The notes under the pieces are model-generated. The model was not told the origin of the DNA. It searched no databases and was given only the letters and a program-made list of their open reading frames with translations. A DNA stretch of 64,000 bases, taken from NCBI RefSeq assembly GCF_009914755.1, contig NC_060945.1, one strand, 5' to 3'. This DNA is from the human T2T-CHM13v2.0 reference genome, Homo sapiens. The position numbers and the translations under genes are program-made. This document shows positions 1 through 15,180 of the stretch, in pieces; within the stretch, counting starts at the first letter, position 1, and the number at the start of each line of letters is the position of its first letter.

Positions 1-559
1 TTGGGCTAAACATACAGCATTCATTTAAAATGAAGGCCTCCCGTCACACTTTGCTGATGGTATTTAAGTATTGAAAGCCAACTTTTTCTACCTGCTTACT
101 ATTATGTCATAGTAGCATGATTTCCCAGACAGCAGAAACTTTGTCTTTTTGTACATAGCTAGGCATTTGATGCTTGTAACAGTGACTTCTCGATAATTAT
201 TCATTGCCAGGAAAGATAATTACTTTAAAAATTTATTTAGGACATTATTTAGCAAATAGTAAATAAACAGTATTAGCTGGTTGCTATTATTTCTGAATAT
301 CAGTTTCCCTAAATTTTCTCATCTGAAAAATGGAGATATTTCACAGCAGCATTGTGAGAGACAATAGAGTCAATATAGATAAAATTCTCCAAAGACCAAA
401 ACTTTATCTAGCTCATATGTTCTGCATGAGTATTCATTTTTTTAATTACTGTATCTTTTTAACTCATTATGACTAAAATTAAGTATTTTTTTCTCTTTCA
501 AGACCTTATGCTTCTCCTATGTTCCCAATATGCTGGAAATCAGGTGTGGGTAATAATAG

Positions 560-850
560 CACCATGATTTTCCTTTGGAGAAATCAGTCCAAATGACTTT
601 ATTCCACCTATAACTCCATAGATGCCATGAAATCCAGACCTCAGTACAGACAGTGACTTCCATGAACTTAGCTAAAATTTTTGGACAAAGTTTACTCTCT
701 CTGGATTCTAAACGGATAGGGTAATGTTGCTGTCTCATGAAGCACCTTCTGAGCCTACTGAAGCAGGAGCTGATGTTGAGGCAGAACTGAAAGATGCAGA
801 GGCAGAGTCCGGATAACACTGTCTGAACACCTGAAAACACGTTGAACACT
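560..850. mobile_element. Old MaLR (MLT1-like) LTR fragment
   Basis: GGCAGAACTGAAAGATGCAGAGGCAGAGTCCGGATAACACTGTCTGAACACCTG resembles the recalled MLT1J/K LTR; highly diverged, boundaries approximate. Confidence 0.35.
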
Positions 851-877
851 GACGAATTTTAATTTTCTATTTTAGCC

Positions 878-1060
878 CAAGGTCAGTAAGCATCTTCTGT
901 AAAGGGCTAGATTGCAAATATTTTAGGTTTTATGGAACATAAGGTTTGGGTGCAACTATTAAGCTCCAGTGATGGATATGGCTGTGTTGCAGTTAAACTT
1001 GATTTACAAAAACAGATGGCAAGACCAATTTAGCCGTGGATCATAGTTTATTGACTCCCG
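878..1060 (-). mobile_element. MER58A-like hAT-Charlie MITE
   Basis: TTCTGTAAAGGGCTAGATTGCAAATATTTTAGG...GGCTGTGTTGCAGTTAAACTTGATTTACAAAAACAG matches the reverse complement of the recalled MER58A consensus. Confidence 0.75.
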
Positions 1061-1397
1061 CCTTTTCCTGACAAAGTAGAGTTTCTTTACCTGGCAACCA
1101 AAGCAGTTAGTCTTAACTAATACCCCCTGTATCAGGCACTGGATTAACACATTTTTAAGCCAAAAATTTGAAAAATAATCATTTATACCTTTTCTCTGTT
1201 CCCTTGCAGCATAAATACAACATCAGAAAGTATGTTTCTCTCAAATGTTTCCTTGGTCTATTTACTCTTTCCATTCCCACCTACAACCTGTTATTTCAAA
1301 TCACAATCATTTCCTGCTTAACATTCTATAAAAACTTTTTACATATTTGCTGGAGTCTAGGATTCCTTTCAATTCTTTTTCACACGGAAGGTCTTAT

Positions 1398-1960
1398 TGT
1401 GACATCCTGCCTTGTTTTAACCTGAATTGACTCTCCCTTAGCTGAGAGAGCCACACAAACTCCAGTTTGGCTCCTTCACTTGCAGCCCCTTGCAGCCTCT
1501 TACCCACCCCCCTTTCTCAAGGACTTAACTTGTGCAGGCTGACTCCCAGCACATCAAAGAACACGATTAACTGATAAGACACTGTGGCAAGCTATATCCG
1601 CAGTTCCCAGGAATTCACCCGGTTGATAGGACCCAAAGCCCCCGGGGTTTGTGTCCCGTTGATAGCACCCAAAGCCCCCAGGTCTATCACCTTGTGATGG
1701 ATTTAAAGCCCCCGCACCTGGAACTGTTTGTTTTCCCGTAACCATTTGTCCTTTTAACTTTTTTGCCTTTTTTACTCAGCTGATTGCTTCAGCTAAGCTC
1801 CCCCTCCCCTTTCTAAACCAAAGTATAAAAGAAAATCTAGCCCCTTCTCTGGGGCCAAGAGAATTTTGAGCACTAAGGGTCTCTCGGTTGCCGGCTAATA
1901 AAGGACTCCTGAATTCGTCTCATAGTGTGGCATTTAACTACAACTCGCTCGGTTACAACA
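1398..1960 (+). mobile_element. Solo LTR6 (HERV-S71 family, ERV1)
   Basis: TG...CA termini; 4-bp TSD TTAT (1394-1397 and 1961-1964); TATAAAA near 1825 and AATAAA near 1897; body matches recalled LTR6A/B. Confidence 0.85.
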
Positions 1961-3843
1961 TTATGATATTTCCACAATACATACATTGGCATGCCGTGGT
2001 CATATCCAGGGGACTGTTTATGAACCTTTGACATGGATAATGTCTCCTGTCATAAAGTGCATATTATCTGACTTGTTTATTAAATTGTATCTTTTGTTTC
2101 TAGAATATAAATTATGTGAGGATCAGAGCAATTTTTTTTTTTTGTTTACAGCTTTCTTCAATTGTCTATACATGTGGTTGATATAATGTGAATAACCCAT
2201 ATATATTTCTAAAAAGAAGGCCAAATGACTCAGCAGGGAAAGTAAATATAAAAATAATGCATTTTTTTCTGAATCAATACAGACTTAAACCATATAATAA
2301 ACTTCTGCATTTAGACAACCATTAAGGTCTATAGCACATATTTACTATTCTATGGTAATCTCTTAGATTTATCTTGCGCCAACATACTAAAATTTTAACG
2401 GAATAAAAACAGAAAAGAGGTTTTCAAAAAATATTATTTTCATATACCTAATTTTCCAATTGTCTTTCTATTCCTGTTGGCTCTTAAAATTTACTTATTA
2501 TTCAATGTCCAGTTCAAGTACAGATTCTCATTGTCTTTCTAATTTATTTCCTGCAGGGCTAGTTTGTTATTTTAGACACAGTTTCTGTATCACACATTTT
2601 TATAGTTCATATTGTATGTAAATTAAATTGTTGCAGATTCTTCCTATGTGCACGTCTTTGATGCACACGTACAATGAATGTTCCCAAAAAGTATTAATAA
2701 AGAACACATTTTAACTTCTTTTTAAATCACCAATTTCAGTACAAAGCAGTGTGCACAGAAGATATTCACTAAATTCTTACTAAATGAGTGAATTTCATAG
2801 GAAATTGGAAAATGGATGATCATAAAATTACATCTGGAAGGAAATCATGCCCAGAAAATTTATCTGATGACTGCACACACAATTTTTGCTAACATTATGC
2901 TGAAGGAAACAAGTGTATGACAGTAACATGAAACACAACAATGGTTGGTTTACACTTCACATCATTCACTTGGTATTCTGGTGTGGAGAAATAATATTTG
3001 ATCAAAACTTAATAGCATTTAAAATTGTTTATTTGATCTTTATTCTAACTAGTGATATGGATCACACAAAAGGTGTTTAGGCTCTTTCTTCTATGGCATG
3101 AGAATATTTTTAAAAATATATTTAGCTACTCAAAAAGTACAATGATATAAACAGAATATGGAAAACTCAGGAGAAAAAACAGGAATTATAATTAGTGACA
3201 TAATATAAACCAAAAATGAAGTGCCAATCTCAAATCATTTTTTAAAATGTGTGGTCTGAAATATTCAAAACTGACTCTAGAAGAAATCAATACTAAAATA
3301 TTTGTCATACAAATAATTAATGAGAAGGTTATCAAAGAACTTCATCAAAGAATTCCTCTAATAAAGTCCCTGGGCCCAGAATTCATAGTTCAGAAAGGAA
3401 AAGAAAGAATGCATAATTTCCTTAGTATATAAATTGATTCAAAACAAAAACACAAAAAAACTAGAAATTACTCATACAAAGCTAGTATAAACTCAAAAAT
3501 AAGTGTACCTGAGTATGCTTATGCACACATATGAGGGCATATGTGTGCATGTGTGTGTGCACACCTCACATGTGTATGCACTACACACACAAGGTGAATT
3601 CTATTTAAAAACATAAATGCAGTATGTCTAGTAACAGAAAATAGCAGAAATTAAATCAACAAGTAATTATCTCAGGGATGTAGGATTTTCACTATTATAT
3701 ACATATCATAGATGTATGTGATCTGTGATCATTTGACTGGGGGCACAAAAACAAATGCTTAAATATTTCAGCATAATACAGCATTTACATCTGTGTGGTA
3801 TAAATAATATTGAATAATATCATTGATTTGAAAGACCAAATTT

Positions 3844-4131
3844 GGCTGGGCGCAGTGGCTCACAACTGTAATCCCAGCACTTTGGGAGGCCGAGATGGGT
3901 GGATCACGAGGTCAGGAGTTACCTGGCTAACACCGTGAAACCCCATCTCTACTAAAAATACAAAAAATTAGCCAGGCATGTGGCGGGCACCTGTAGTCCC
4001 AGCTGCTCAGGAGGCTGAGGCAAGAGAATGGCGTGAACCCGGGGGGTGGAGCTTGCACTGAGCCGAGATCGCGCCACTGCACCCTAGCCTGGGTGACAGA
4101 GCGAGACTCCATCTCAAAAAAAAAAAAAAAA
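3844..4131 (+). mobile_element. AluY-like SINE
   Basis: Dimeric Alu with GAATGGCGTGAACCC and GGAGCTTGCA diagnostic positions, poly(A) tail, degenerate TSD ending CCAAATTT. Confidence 0.95.
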
Positions 4132-4448
4132 TGAAGAAAATCCAAATTTAACAAAATCTGACCTATAGTACATATATTTAGTCTTCCTCTTTCATTATTT
4201 AATTTTGCTATTCCATCATTATTGTCTGGTTTGAATTAACATAATTATCACGTTTAGATAAATATCGTATTTTATAAGTATAGGCAGGGATCCTTAAATT
4301 GGTAAAACATTTTACTCTTTTTAAATGTTTCTTTGTAATTCCCACTTCCACCCATCTAGTCTTCCATATAAACTTTAGAAAGAAATTATTAGGTTTCAAA
4401 AAGTATCCTAGATGGAACAGACTGATATTACTGTGAATTAATAGTAAA

Positions 4449-4779
<331 letters not shown>

Positions 4780-5042
4780 TTAAATATTGACTTATGCCAA
4801 GCATTAAAAGCAATTCTCTAATTTTTTTCTTTTACATAGTTCAGTAAATTTTAATAGATTATATTCCATATTCCAATGTATTTATTGCTAATTTATTCCT
4901 AGGCAATCTGCATGTAGACATAAATTTCCTCTGTAAAATGAATTTCTTATATAATTTTCATTTTTCTTTTGATAATGTAAAAGAAAGATGTTATTTGTTT
5001 TATGCTGACCTTACAATTAACCATGTTCTATACAATCTTATT

Positions 5043-5047
<5 letters not shown>

Positions 5048-5078
<31 letters not shown>

Positions 5079-5356
5079 AGACAGAGCCTGGCTCTGTCGC
5101 CCCGGCTAGAGTGCAGTGGCGCGATCTCGGCTCACTGCAACCTCTGCCTCCCAGGTCCAAGCAGTTCTCTGCCTCAGCATCCAGAGTAGCTGGGATTACA
5201 AGCACCCACCATCATGCCTGGCTAATTTTTGTATTTTTAGTAAAGACGAGGTTTCACCATCTTGGCCAGGCTAGTCTTGAACTCATGACCTCATGACCCA
5301 CCAGCCTTGGCCTCCCAAAGTGCTGGGATTACAGGTTTGAGCCACCATGCCTGGCC
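5048..5356 (-). mobile_element. Alu SINE (AluS-like)
   Basis: Poly(T) then reverse Alu ending CCTGGCC; flanks TAGTTCTTTT / TAGTTATTTT. Confidence 0.95.
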
Positions 5357-6004
5357 TAGTTATTTTTATCTTAACCATATCATTATGACTTCTGCAATAC
5401 ATAAGAATCTAGATTCTGCTTGATATTCACTCTTTCATGTATTTTCCAGTTTTATTCCTCTTATTTTATTGAAAATCATCTCAAATTTTGCATTTAAAAT
5501 TAATTATAACAGGCATCCTAGTTTCCAAAATAAAAGATATCTTTCTAACGTTTTGCTTTAAACATAATATACAATATATTTCTCATAGATGTGCTCTATC
5601 CAAACAAGAACTTTCAATCTTACGGTTTGTAAGAATTATTATTAAAATTTGGAGTAAATATTTATTTTTTAGTGTATTTTTCTAAAACTGTAGAGATAAC
5701 TGTATAATCCTCCTTCCTTAATCTTTTAATATGACATGTTTACATAAGTTTTTTAAAGCTGTATTATCCTTGAGTTCCTGATGTAAGTGTTTTTTAATAG
5801 AGTAAAAGCCTTACTTAATTTAAAATTTTCATTTTGGCATAATTGCCGACTTACAGAAAAGTTGACTTAATAATACCAATAATTACCATGTATCAAAAGT
5901 CCCCAACTGTAACATTGTACTATAATTGTTTATCATTGTCTTTTTCCTTAAAAGACGCAGACATTGTGTTCCTTCAAGGCATTCTCTTAGTTGTACTTGA
6001 ATCA

Positions 6005-6390
6005 AAGAAAAAATTCACAGGGAAGTTGGAAAACCTTTCATACTGAAAAATAATGATACTACTATATATCACAATTTGTGGGATGCAAACATAGCAGTAT
6101 TAAAAAATATTTATAGTCTTGTGTATTGATCCTAAAAAAGATAATGCAAAATCAATTTTCTAAACATCCACGATAAGCTACAAAAACAGATTACATTAAA
6201 ACTAAAGGAGGAAGAACGGCAACAGCAAATATAAAAGTAGAAATTAAGGACAGAGAAAAATACAAGGAAAAATTTGTTCTGCGAAAGACTGATCTATTTG
6301 TTTGACATATGGTAAGTCTAATAACAAAACATACACACACACACTCCAATATAAGGAATTTTTAAAACATTAGTTACAGAATGTACAGAG
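6005..6390 (+). mobile_element. Old L1M ORF2 fragment
   Basis: A-rich, with CACAATTTGTGGGATGCA (L1 ORF2 QNLWDA motif); very diverged. Confidence 0.5.
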
Positions 6391-6913
6391 GTTTATGGTT
6401 TATTTCCCAGATAGCTTGTGTTTTTCTAAGTATCTGATTTTTATTTATTTCTAACTTAATATGCTTGTGATCAGAGAATGTACTTTCTATGATATAAAAA
6501 GTTCAAATATATTGAGACAACGTATAACTCATCATATATTCTATCTTGTTAAATGTGTGGTAATATTTACCAATGGAAAAAAATATATATATATAGTTAA
6601 TTGGTCATAAATGTCAAATATTTATTTCTGTTTTATTTTTTAACTTTTCTTTTTTCATACTGATATTCATTTGATCAAGTGGTGATGGAAAGGTGTTAAA
6701 TTGTCTTTATTTTAATAGTTTTTAGGGGAAGAGGTGGTTTTTGGTTACATGATAAGTTATTTAGCAATGGTTTCTGAGATTTTGATGCACCCATCACCCA
6801 AGCAGTGTACACTGTACAGAATGTGTGGTCTCCTTCACCCTCCTACCACCCTTCCTTTCAAGTCCCCAAAGTCCATTATATCATTCTTAGGATTTTGTGT
6901 CCTCAAAGCTTAG

Positions 6914-7372
<459 letters not shown>

Positions 7373-8729
7373 TAGTATTCCGTGCCACATTTTATCTATT
7401 CATTGGTTGATGGGTATTTAGACTGGTTCCATATTTTTACAATTGCAAACTGTGCTGCTATAAACATGCATGTGCATGTCTTCTTCATATAATGAAATAT
7501 TTTCCTCTAGGTAGATACCCAGTAGTGGGATTGCTGAATCAAATGGAGGTTCTACTTTTAGTTGTCTAAGCAATCTCCATACTGTTTTCCACAGTGGTTA
7601 TACTAGTTTACATTCCCACCATTAATGCAAAAGTGTTCCCTTTTCACCACATCCATGTCAGTATCTATTATATTTTGAAAGTATGGCCATTCTTGCAAGA
7701 ATAAGGTGATATCTCAGTGTGTTTTTACTTTGCATTTCCCTGATAATTAGTGATGCTGAGCATTTTTTTCATATATTTGTTGGCCATTTGTATATCTTCT
7801 TTTAAGAATTTTCTATTCATGTCCTTAGCCCACTTTTTGATGGACTTTTTTTTTGTCTTGCTGATTTGTTTGAGTTCCTTGTGGATTCTGGATATGAGTT
7901 TTTGTCTGATGTATAGATTGCAAAGGTTTTCTCCTACTCTATGTGTTGTCTGTTTGCTGATTATTTCCTTTTGCTGTGTAGAAGCTTTTTAGTCTAATTA
8001 TGTTCAATCTATTTATCTTTGTTTTTGTTGTGTTTGATTTTGGTTTCTTGGTCATGAAGAACCAAGCCGATGTTTTTAATGTTTTTTCCAATCTTATCTT
8101 GTAGAATTTTTATGGTTTATGATATTAAAGTCTTTGATCCATCTTGAGTTGATTTTTGCATAAGATGAGAGATGAGAATTCAGTTTCATTCTTCTTCATG
8201 TGGCTTTCCAAATATTCCATTCCCATTTGTTGAATAGGGTGTCTTTTCCAAACTTTATGTTTTTATTTGCTTTGATGAAGATCAGTTGGCTGCTAAGTGT
8301 TTGGTTTCATTTCTGGGTTCTCTATTCTGTTTCATTGGTCTATGTACCTTTTTTTATACCAGTACCATGTTGTTTCAGTAAGGATAGCCTTGTAATATAG
8401 TTTGAAGTTGGGTAATGTGATACATCCAAATTTATTATTTTTGTTTGGTCTTGCTTTGGCTAGGCAGGCTCTTGTTTTGGTTCTATATGAATTTTAGGAT
8501 TGTTTTTTCTAGTTTTGTGAAGAATGATGATGGTATTTTGATGAGAATTGCATTGAATCTGTATATTGCTTTGCAGAGTATGGTCATTTTCACAATACTG
8601 ATTCTACCCAGCCATTAGCATGAGATGTGTTATCTATTTGTTTCTGTGGTCAATGGTATCTTTCAGCAGTGTTTTGCCGTTTTCCTTGAAGAGATCTTTC
8701 ACCTCCTTGGCTTTGGATGCTCCTAAGAG

Positions 8730-9720
8730 ATACATATGTATATAATATGTATATATGTATTATACATATACATACTTACATATGTATAATACATATACAT
8801 ACGTACGTATGTATAACACATATACATATGTATATGTATTACATACGTATATTATATACATATCATATACATATGTATATGTATACATATGTATATTATA
8901 TGTATATGATATGTATTACATATGTATATTATATACATATCATATACATATGTATATGTATTACATATGTATATTATATACATATCATATACATATGTAT
9001 ATGTATTACATATGTATATTATATACATATCATATACATATGTATATGTATTACATATGTATATTATATACATATCATATACATATGTATATGTATTACA
9101 TATGTATATTATATACATATCATATACATATGTATATGCATTACATATGTATATTATATACATATTATAATACATATGTATATGCATTATAATATGTATA
9201 TTATATACATATACATATGTATTATAATATGTATGTTATAATACATATACATATGTATTATAATATGTATATTATAATACATATACATGTATATATGTAT
9301 AATACATATACATGTATATATGTATTATACATATACATGTATATATGTATAATACATATACATGTATATATGTATAATACATATACATGTATATATGTAT
9401 AATACATATACATGTATATATGTATAATACATATACATGTATATATGTATAATACATATACATGTATATGCATAATACATATACATATCCATATATGTAT
9501 ATTATATGCATAGACATACCCATATATGTATATTATATGCATAGACATATGTATATAATATGTATATTATATGCATAGACATATGTATATAATATGTATA
9601 TTATATGCATAGACATATGTATATGTATTTTATATGCATAGACATATGTATATATTATATGCATAGACATATGTATATACATATATTTATGTGTGTGTTT
9701 ATATACATATATATGTATAT
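8730..9720. repeat. Compound AT-rich minisatellite (45-bp, 25-bp and ~34-bp sub-arrays)
   Basis: 45-bp unit starts at 8941, 8986, 9031, 9076, 9121; 25-bp unit AATACATATACATGTATATATGTAT over ~9277-9470; ATGCATAGAC-anchored 25-34-bp units over ~9500-9680. Confidence 0.95.
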
Positions 9721-10849
9721 TGCAGTTGTTGTAAAAGGGATTAAGTTCTTGATTTGATTCTCAGCTTGATTGTTGTTGGTGTATAGCAGTGCTAATGATT
9801 TGTGTATATTGATGTTTTGTGTCCTGAAACTTAAGTGAATTTATCAGATCTAGGAGCTCTTTAGATGAGTCTTTAGAGTTATCTAGATACACAATTATAT
9901 CATTGGAAATCAGTGACAGTTTGACCTCCTCTTTACTGACTTGGATGCCCTTTCTTTCTTTCATCTGATTGCTCTGGCTAGGACTTCCAGAACTAAGGTT
10001 AATAGATGTGGTGAGTGGGCATCATATTCCCGGGGGAATGCTCTTCAACTTTTCCCTGTTCAGTCTGATGTTGGCTGTGGGTTTGTTATAGATGGCTTGT
10101 ATCATATGCCCCTTCTATGCCAATTTTGCTGAAGATTTTAACCATAAAGGGATTCTGAATTTTGCCAAATGCTTTTTCTGTGTCTATTGAGATGATCATA
10201 TAATTTTTGTTTTTAATTATGTTTACATGATGTATCACATTTATGACTTGTATATGTTAACCCTTCCCTGCATACCTGGTATAAACCCCACTTGAAATCT
10301 TTAGATTATGAATTTGGCTGTTCATTTTTAGCTATGTAAAATTTTACTTTATATAATTTGAAGTTATATTATTAAGAGCATATGCATTTCAAATTGTTTT
10401 GTCTTTTAAATGAATCAGTTATTTTATCATTATAAAATGTTTCTCTTTCACTTTTGTACTGTTTTTCCTGTGAAGTCTACTTTGGCTGGTATTCACATTA
10501 GAATTCATATGTTTTTATAACACTGGAACTTATTCCAGACACATGGCATAATAAGGACTAGGTTTGTACTCTTGCCTTAAATAAACTAAGAAAATTTTGA
10601 TAAAATATACATATCAATGGTCTTCAGACAGCGAACATCAGATAGTATAGGACAGTGACCTTGAGACAGGGAAAATGAAGGTATGAACTAAATCATCCAT
10701 CCATCTTATTGCCTTTATTGAACACAGAATAATTTTTCTGAGATTGGATCAATAGAAGTATAATCGCAAATACAAGCAAATGGATATAGCACATTAAAGA
10801 GGTATTAAATTTTTTATGCACAAGAAACAGTATCAAAATGAGTTAAATT

Positions 10850-12545
10850 TACATTCAAGTCTTTAATTCATCCTGAGTCTTTTTTTTGTATATGATGTAA
10901 AGAAGGGGTCAGTTTCAATTTTCTATATGGCTAGCCTCTTATCCCAGCATCAATTACTTAATAGGGAGTCCTTTCCCCATTGCTTGATTTTGTCTGGTTT
11001 GTCAAAGATCAGACGTTTGTAGATGTATGGTCTTATTTCCGAGTTCTCTGTTCTGTTCCACTGGTTTATGTGTCTGTTCTTGTACAAATACCATGCTGTT
11101 TGGCTTACTGTAGTCCTGTAGTATAGTTTGAAGTTGGGTAGTGTGATACCTCCAGCTTTGCTCTTTTTGCTTAGGATTGCCTTGGCTATTTGGGCTCTTT
11201 TATGGTTCCATATGAATTTTAAAACTGATTTTTCTAGTTCTGCAAAGAATGTCAGTAGTAGTATAACGGGAATAGCATTGAGTCTATACATTGTTTTGGG
11301 CAGTACGGCCATTTTAACAATATTGATTCTTCTTATCCAGGAACAGGGAATGCTTTTCATATTTGTTTGTGTCATCTCTGATTTCCTTGGGCAGTGGTTT
11401 GTTGACTGTAAAAACATCGGAAGACCACCTAGGCTATACCATTCAGAACATAGGCACAGGCAAAGATTTCATGGTGAAGACACCAAAAGCAATTGCGACA
11501 AAAGCAAAAATTGACAAATGGGATCTAATCAAATTAAAGAGCTTCTGCACAGCAAAAAGAAAAAAATAAACTAACATGAGAACTAACAGACACCTACAGA
11601 ATGGGATAAAATTTTGGAAAAATATGCATCTGACAAAAGTCTAACATCCAGCATCTACAAGGAACTTAACCAAATTTACAAGAAAAAAACAAGGCCATTA
11701 AAAAGCAGGCAAAGGACGTGAACAGACACTTCTCAAAAGATGACATACATGTGGTCAACAAGTATATTAAAAAAGTTCAACATCGCTGATCATTAGAGAA
11801 ATGCAAATCAAAACCACAATAAGATACCAACTCATGCCAGTAAGAAGGACCATTACTAAAAAGTTAAAAAGCAGATGCTGGTGAGATTGTGGGGAAAAGG
11901 GAACACTTTACATGGTTGGTGGGAGTGTAAATTAGTTCAACCATTGTGGAAGACAGTGTGGTAATTCCTCAAAGACCTAAGGACAGAATTACCATTCGAC
12001 ACAGCAATCCCTTTAATGTGTATATGCCTAAAGGATTATAAATTGTTCCATTGCAAAAAGACATGCATGCATATGTTCCTTGCAGCACTATTCACAAGAA
12101 CAAATACATGGAATTAATCCAAATGCCCATCAATGATAGACTGGATAAAGAAAATGTGGTACATATACACCATGGAATACCATGCAGCCACAAAAAAAAT
12201 GAGATAATGTCCTTTGCAGGGACATGGATGCAGTTGGAGGTCATTATTCTAAGCAAACTAAAGCAGGAACAGAAAACCAAATACTGCATGTTCTCACTTT
12301 TAAGTGGAAGCTAAATGATGAGAACATGGACACATAGAGAGGAACAACACACACTGGGGCCTATCAGAGAGTGGAGGGTTGGGGGAGGGAGAGAAGCTGG
12401 AAACATAACTAACAGATACTAGGCTTAATACCTGCGTGATGCAATAATCTGTACAATCAGCCCCCATAATGCACGTTTACTTATGTAACAAACCTGCGTA
12501 CCTTACACATGTACCCCAGTCAAAAAATAGAAGTTTAAAAAAGAA
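10850..12545 (+). mobile_element. 5'-truncated, 5'-inverted L1PA (old L1PA13-16-like)
   Basis: Antisense ORF2 ~10850-11403 ([15 protein letters not shown]), sense ORF2 plus 3' UTR ~11405-12545; TSD CAAAATGAGTTAAATT at 10834-10849 and 12546-12561. Confidence 0.92.
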
Positions 12546-12737
12546 CAAAATGAGTTAAATTATTGGAAAATTATTTCAAATCAAATTACACATAGCAACG
12601 TGTTAAGATCTACTCACTGTAAAGAGCTCTTTTACTCATCTGACAAGCATTTAGTGTAAGTGTTCTATTCGCTAGGCCATAGGAACTAGAGGCTGGAAAA
12701 ACAATGGTGAAGAAAATGCCCATGCCACTAAGAAATT

Positions 12738-12778
<41 letters not shown>

Positions 12779-12799
12779 TTATTAGAACAAATTAAGACA

Positions 12800-14451
12800 T
12801 TATTGAACAATGGTGCAAACAGCAATTAACAATAACAAAAGGCTAAGATACAAAATTATTAAAATAATAATAACCCAACAATTTTTAAATTGGGAGTCAA
12901 CATAAAAAGATATTGAAGAGATCCAAATGTCAAAATGTGTGTGTGTGTTGGGGGGGATAGAGTTACAGGGTAATAAATGTTTATAGCTCTTTGTTTCTCT
13001 CCTTTTTGTTCTTTGCAATCAAACTTAAGTTTTCCTCAGTTTAAAACCACTGGTTACAATGATATTCTTTAGCCTCATGGTAACTAGAAAACAAAATTCA
13101 GTAACAGACACCCTAAAAATAATAGACACCTAAAAAGCAAAGAATTAAATCACACTCCCAGAGAAAATTACCTCACTATAAATACAGACAGGAAGAAAGG
13201 GAAGGAGGGAGGAAAGGAAAGGAAGAAAGAAGGAAGGAGAGAGAGAACAGAAAGAGGAAGAAATGAGGAGAGAAATAAAAGAAAAAAGAGAGTAGCAAAA
13301 CGACCAGAAAACAAGTAAAAGTGGCAGTAGTATGTTTTTACTTGTTAGTAATAACCTTGAATATAAATGAATTAAATTCTCCAATTAAGACAGAGTGGCT
13401 GAATGGATTTAAAGACAAGATCCAACTATATACTGCCTACAAGAAACTCAGTTCACCTATAAAGACATACATAGACTGAAAATGAAGGGATGGTAAAAGA
13501 TATCCCATACAAATGGAAACAAAAAAGCAAGAGTAGCTATACTTATATTAGATAAAATACAAAGATAATTATATAATGAGAAAGAAATCAATACAGCAGT
13601 ATCACAATTATAAGTGCAAATGCAACCAACACTGAAGCACCTAAACACAGAAGCAAATATTAACAGACCTTAAAGAACAGATGGACTGCAATACAATAAT
13701 AGAGTACCTCAACACTCAACTATAATCAACACCCCACTATCATCAATGAACAGATCACCCAAACGACAAAAAATCGTCAGTTAAACTGTAATCTCTACTG
13801 AATGGACCTAACATTTACACAGCTTTCCACTCTGCAACTGCACAATGCACATTCTACTGAGTAGCACATGGATTATTCTCCAGGACAGACTATGTGTTAG
13901 GCCAAATAACAAGTCACAGCCCATTTTTAAACACTGAATTCATATCAAGCATCTTTTCTGATCACAGTGGAATAGTATGAGAAATCAGTAACAGGAGGAA
14001 CTTTAAAAACTGTACAAACATATGGAAATTAAAATACATGTTCATGAACAATGAATAAAGAAATAAAAAAATTAAAAATTTATTGAAATAAATAAAAATA
14101 GAAACACAACATAACAAAACCTGTGGGATGCAGCAAAAGCAGTTGTAAGAGGAAAAGTGCATAGCTATAAATGCCTACATCAGAAAAGTAAAAAGATCTC
14201 AAATAGCCAACTTAACAGTACACCTCAAGTAATGAGAAAAACAAAAATATCAAATGTTAAAATTAGTAGAAAGAATATCAGAAAGATTAGAACAGAAATT
14301 TTACAAATAGAAACAAAAAATATAAAATACAAAAAAATACAAAGAGCCAATGGAACAAAGAGCTAGAGGGGTTTGAAAAAAAAATCAAAATTGACAAGCT
14401 TTAACTAGACTAAGGGAAAGAGAAAGAAAGCCAAAATAAAATCATAGATAA
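12800..14451 (+). mobile_element. L1M fragment (inter-ORF region and ORF2 endonuclease)
   Basis: AGAGTGGCTGAATGGATT...GATCCAACTATATACTGCCTACAAGAAACTC encodes the ORF2 endonuclease motif (DPTIYCLQET); GA-rich tract ~13190-13290. Confidence 0.85.

Positions 14452-15180
<729 letters not shown>

Noticed and set aside
517-849. 110-aa minus-strand ORF
   Set aside because: Non-ATG start, no recognisable domain, overlaps a probable MLT1 LTR relic.
8717-9548. Tyr/Ile/Met/His-rich ORFs on both strands
   Set aside because: Translations of the AT-rich minisatellite; the 15-aa period equals the 45-bp unit.
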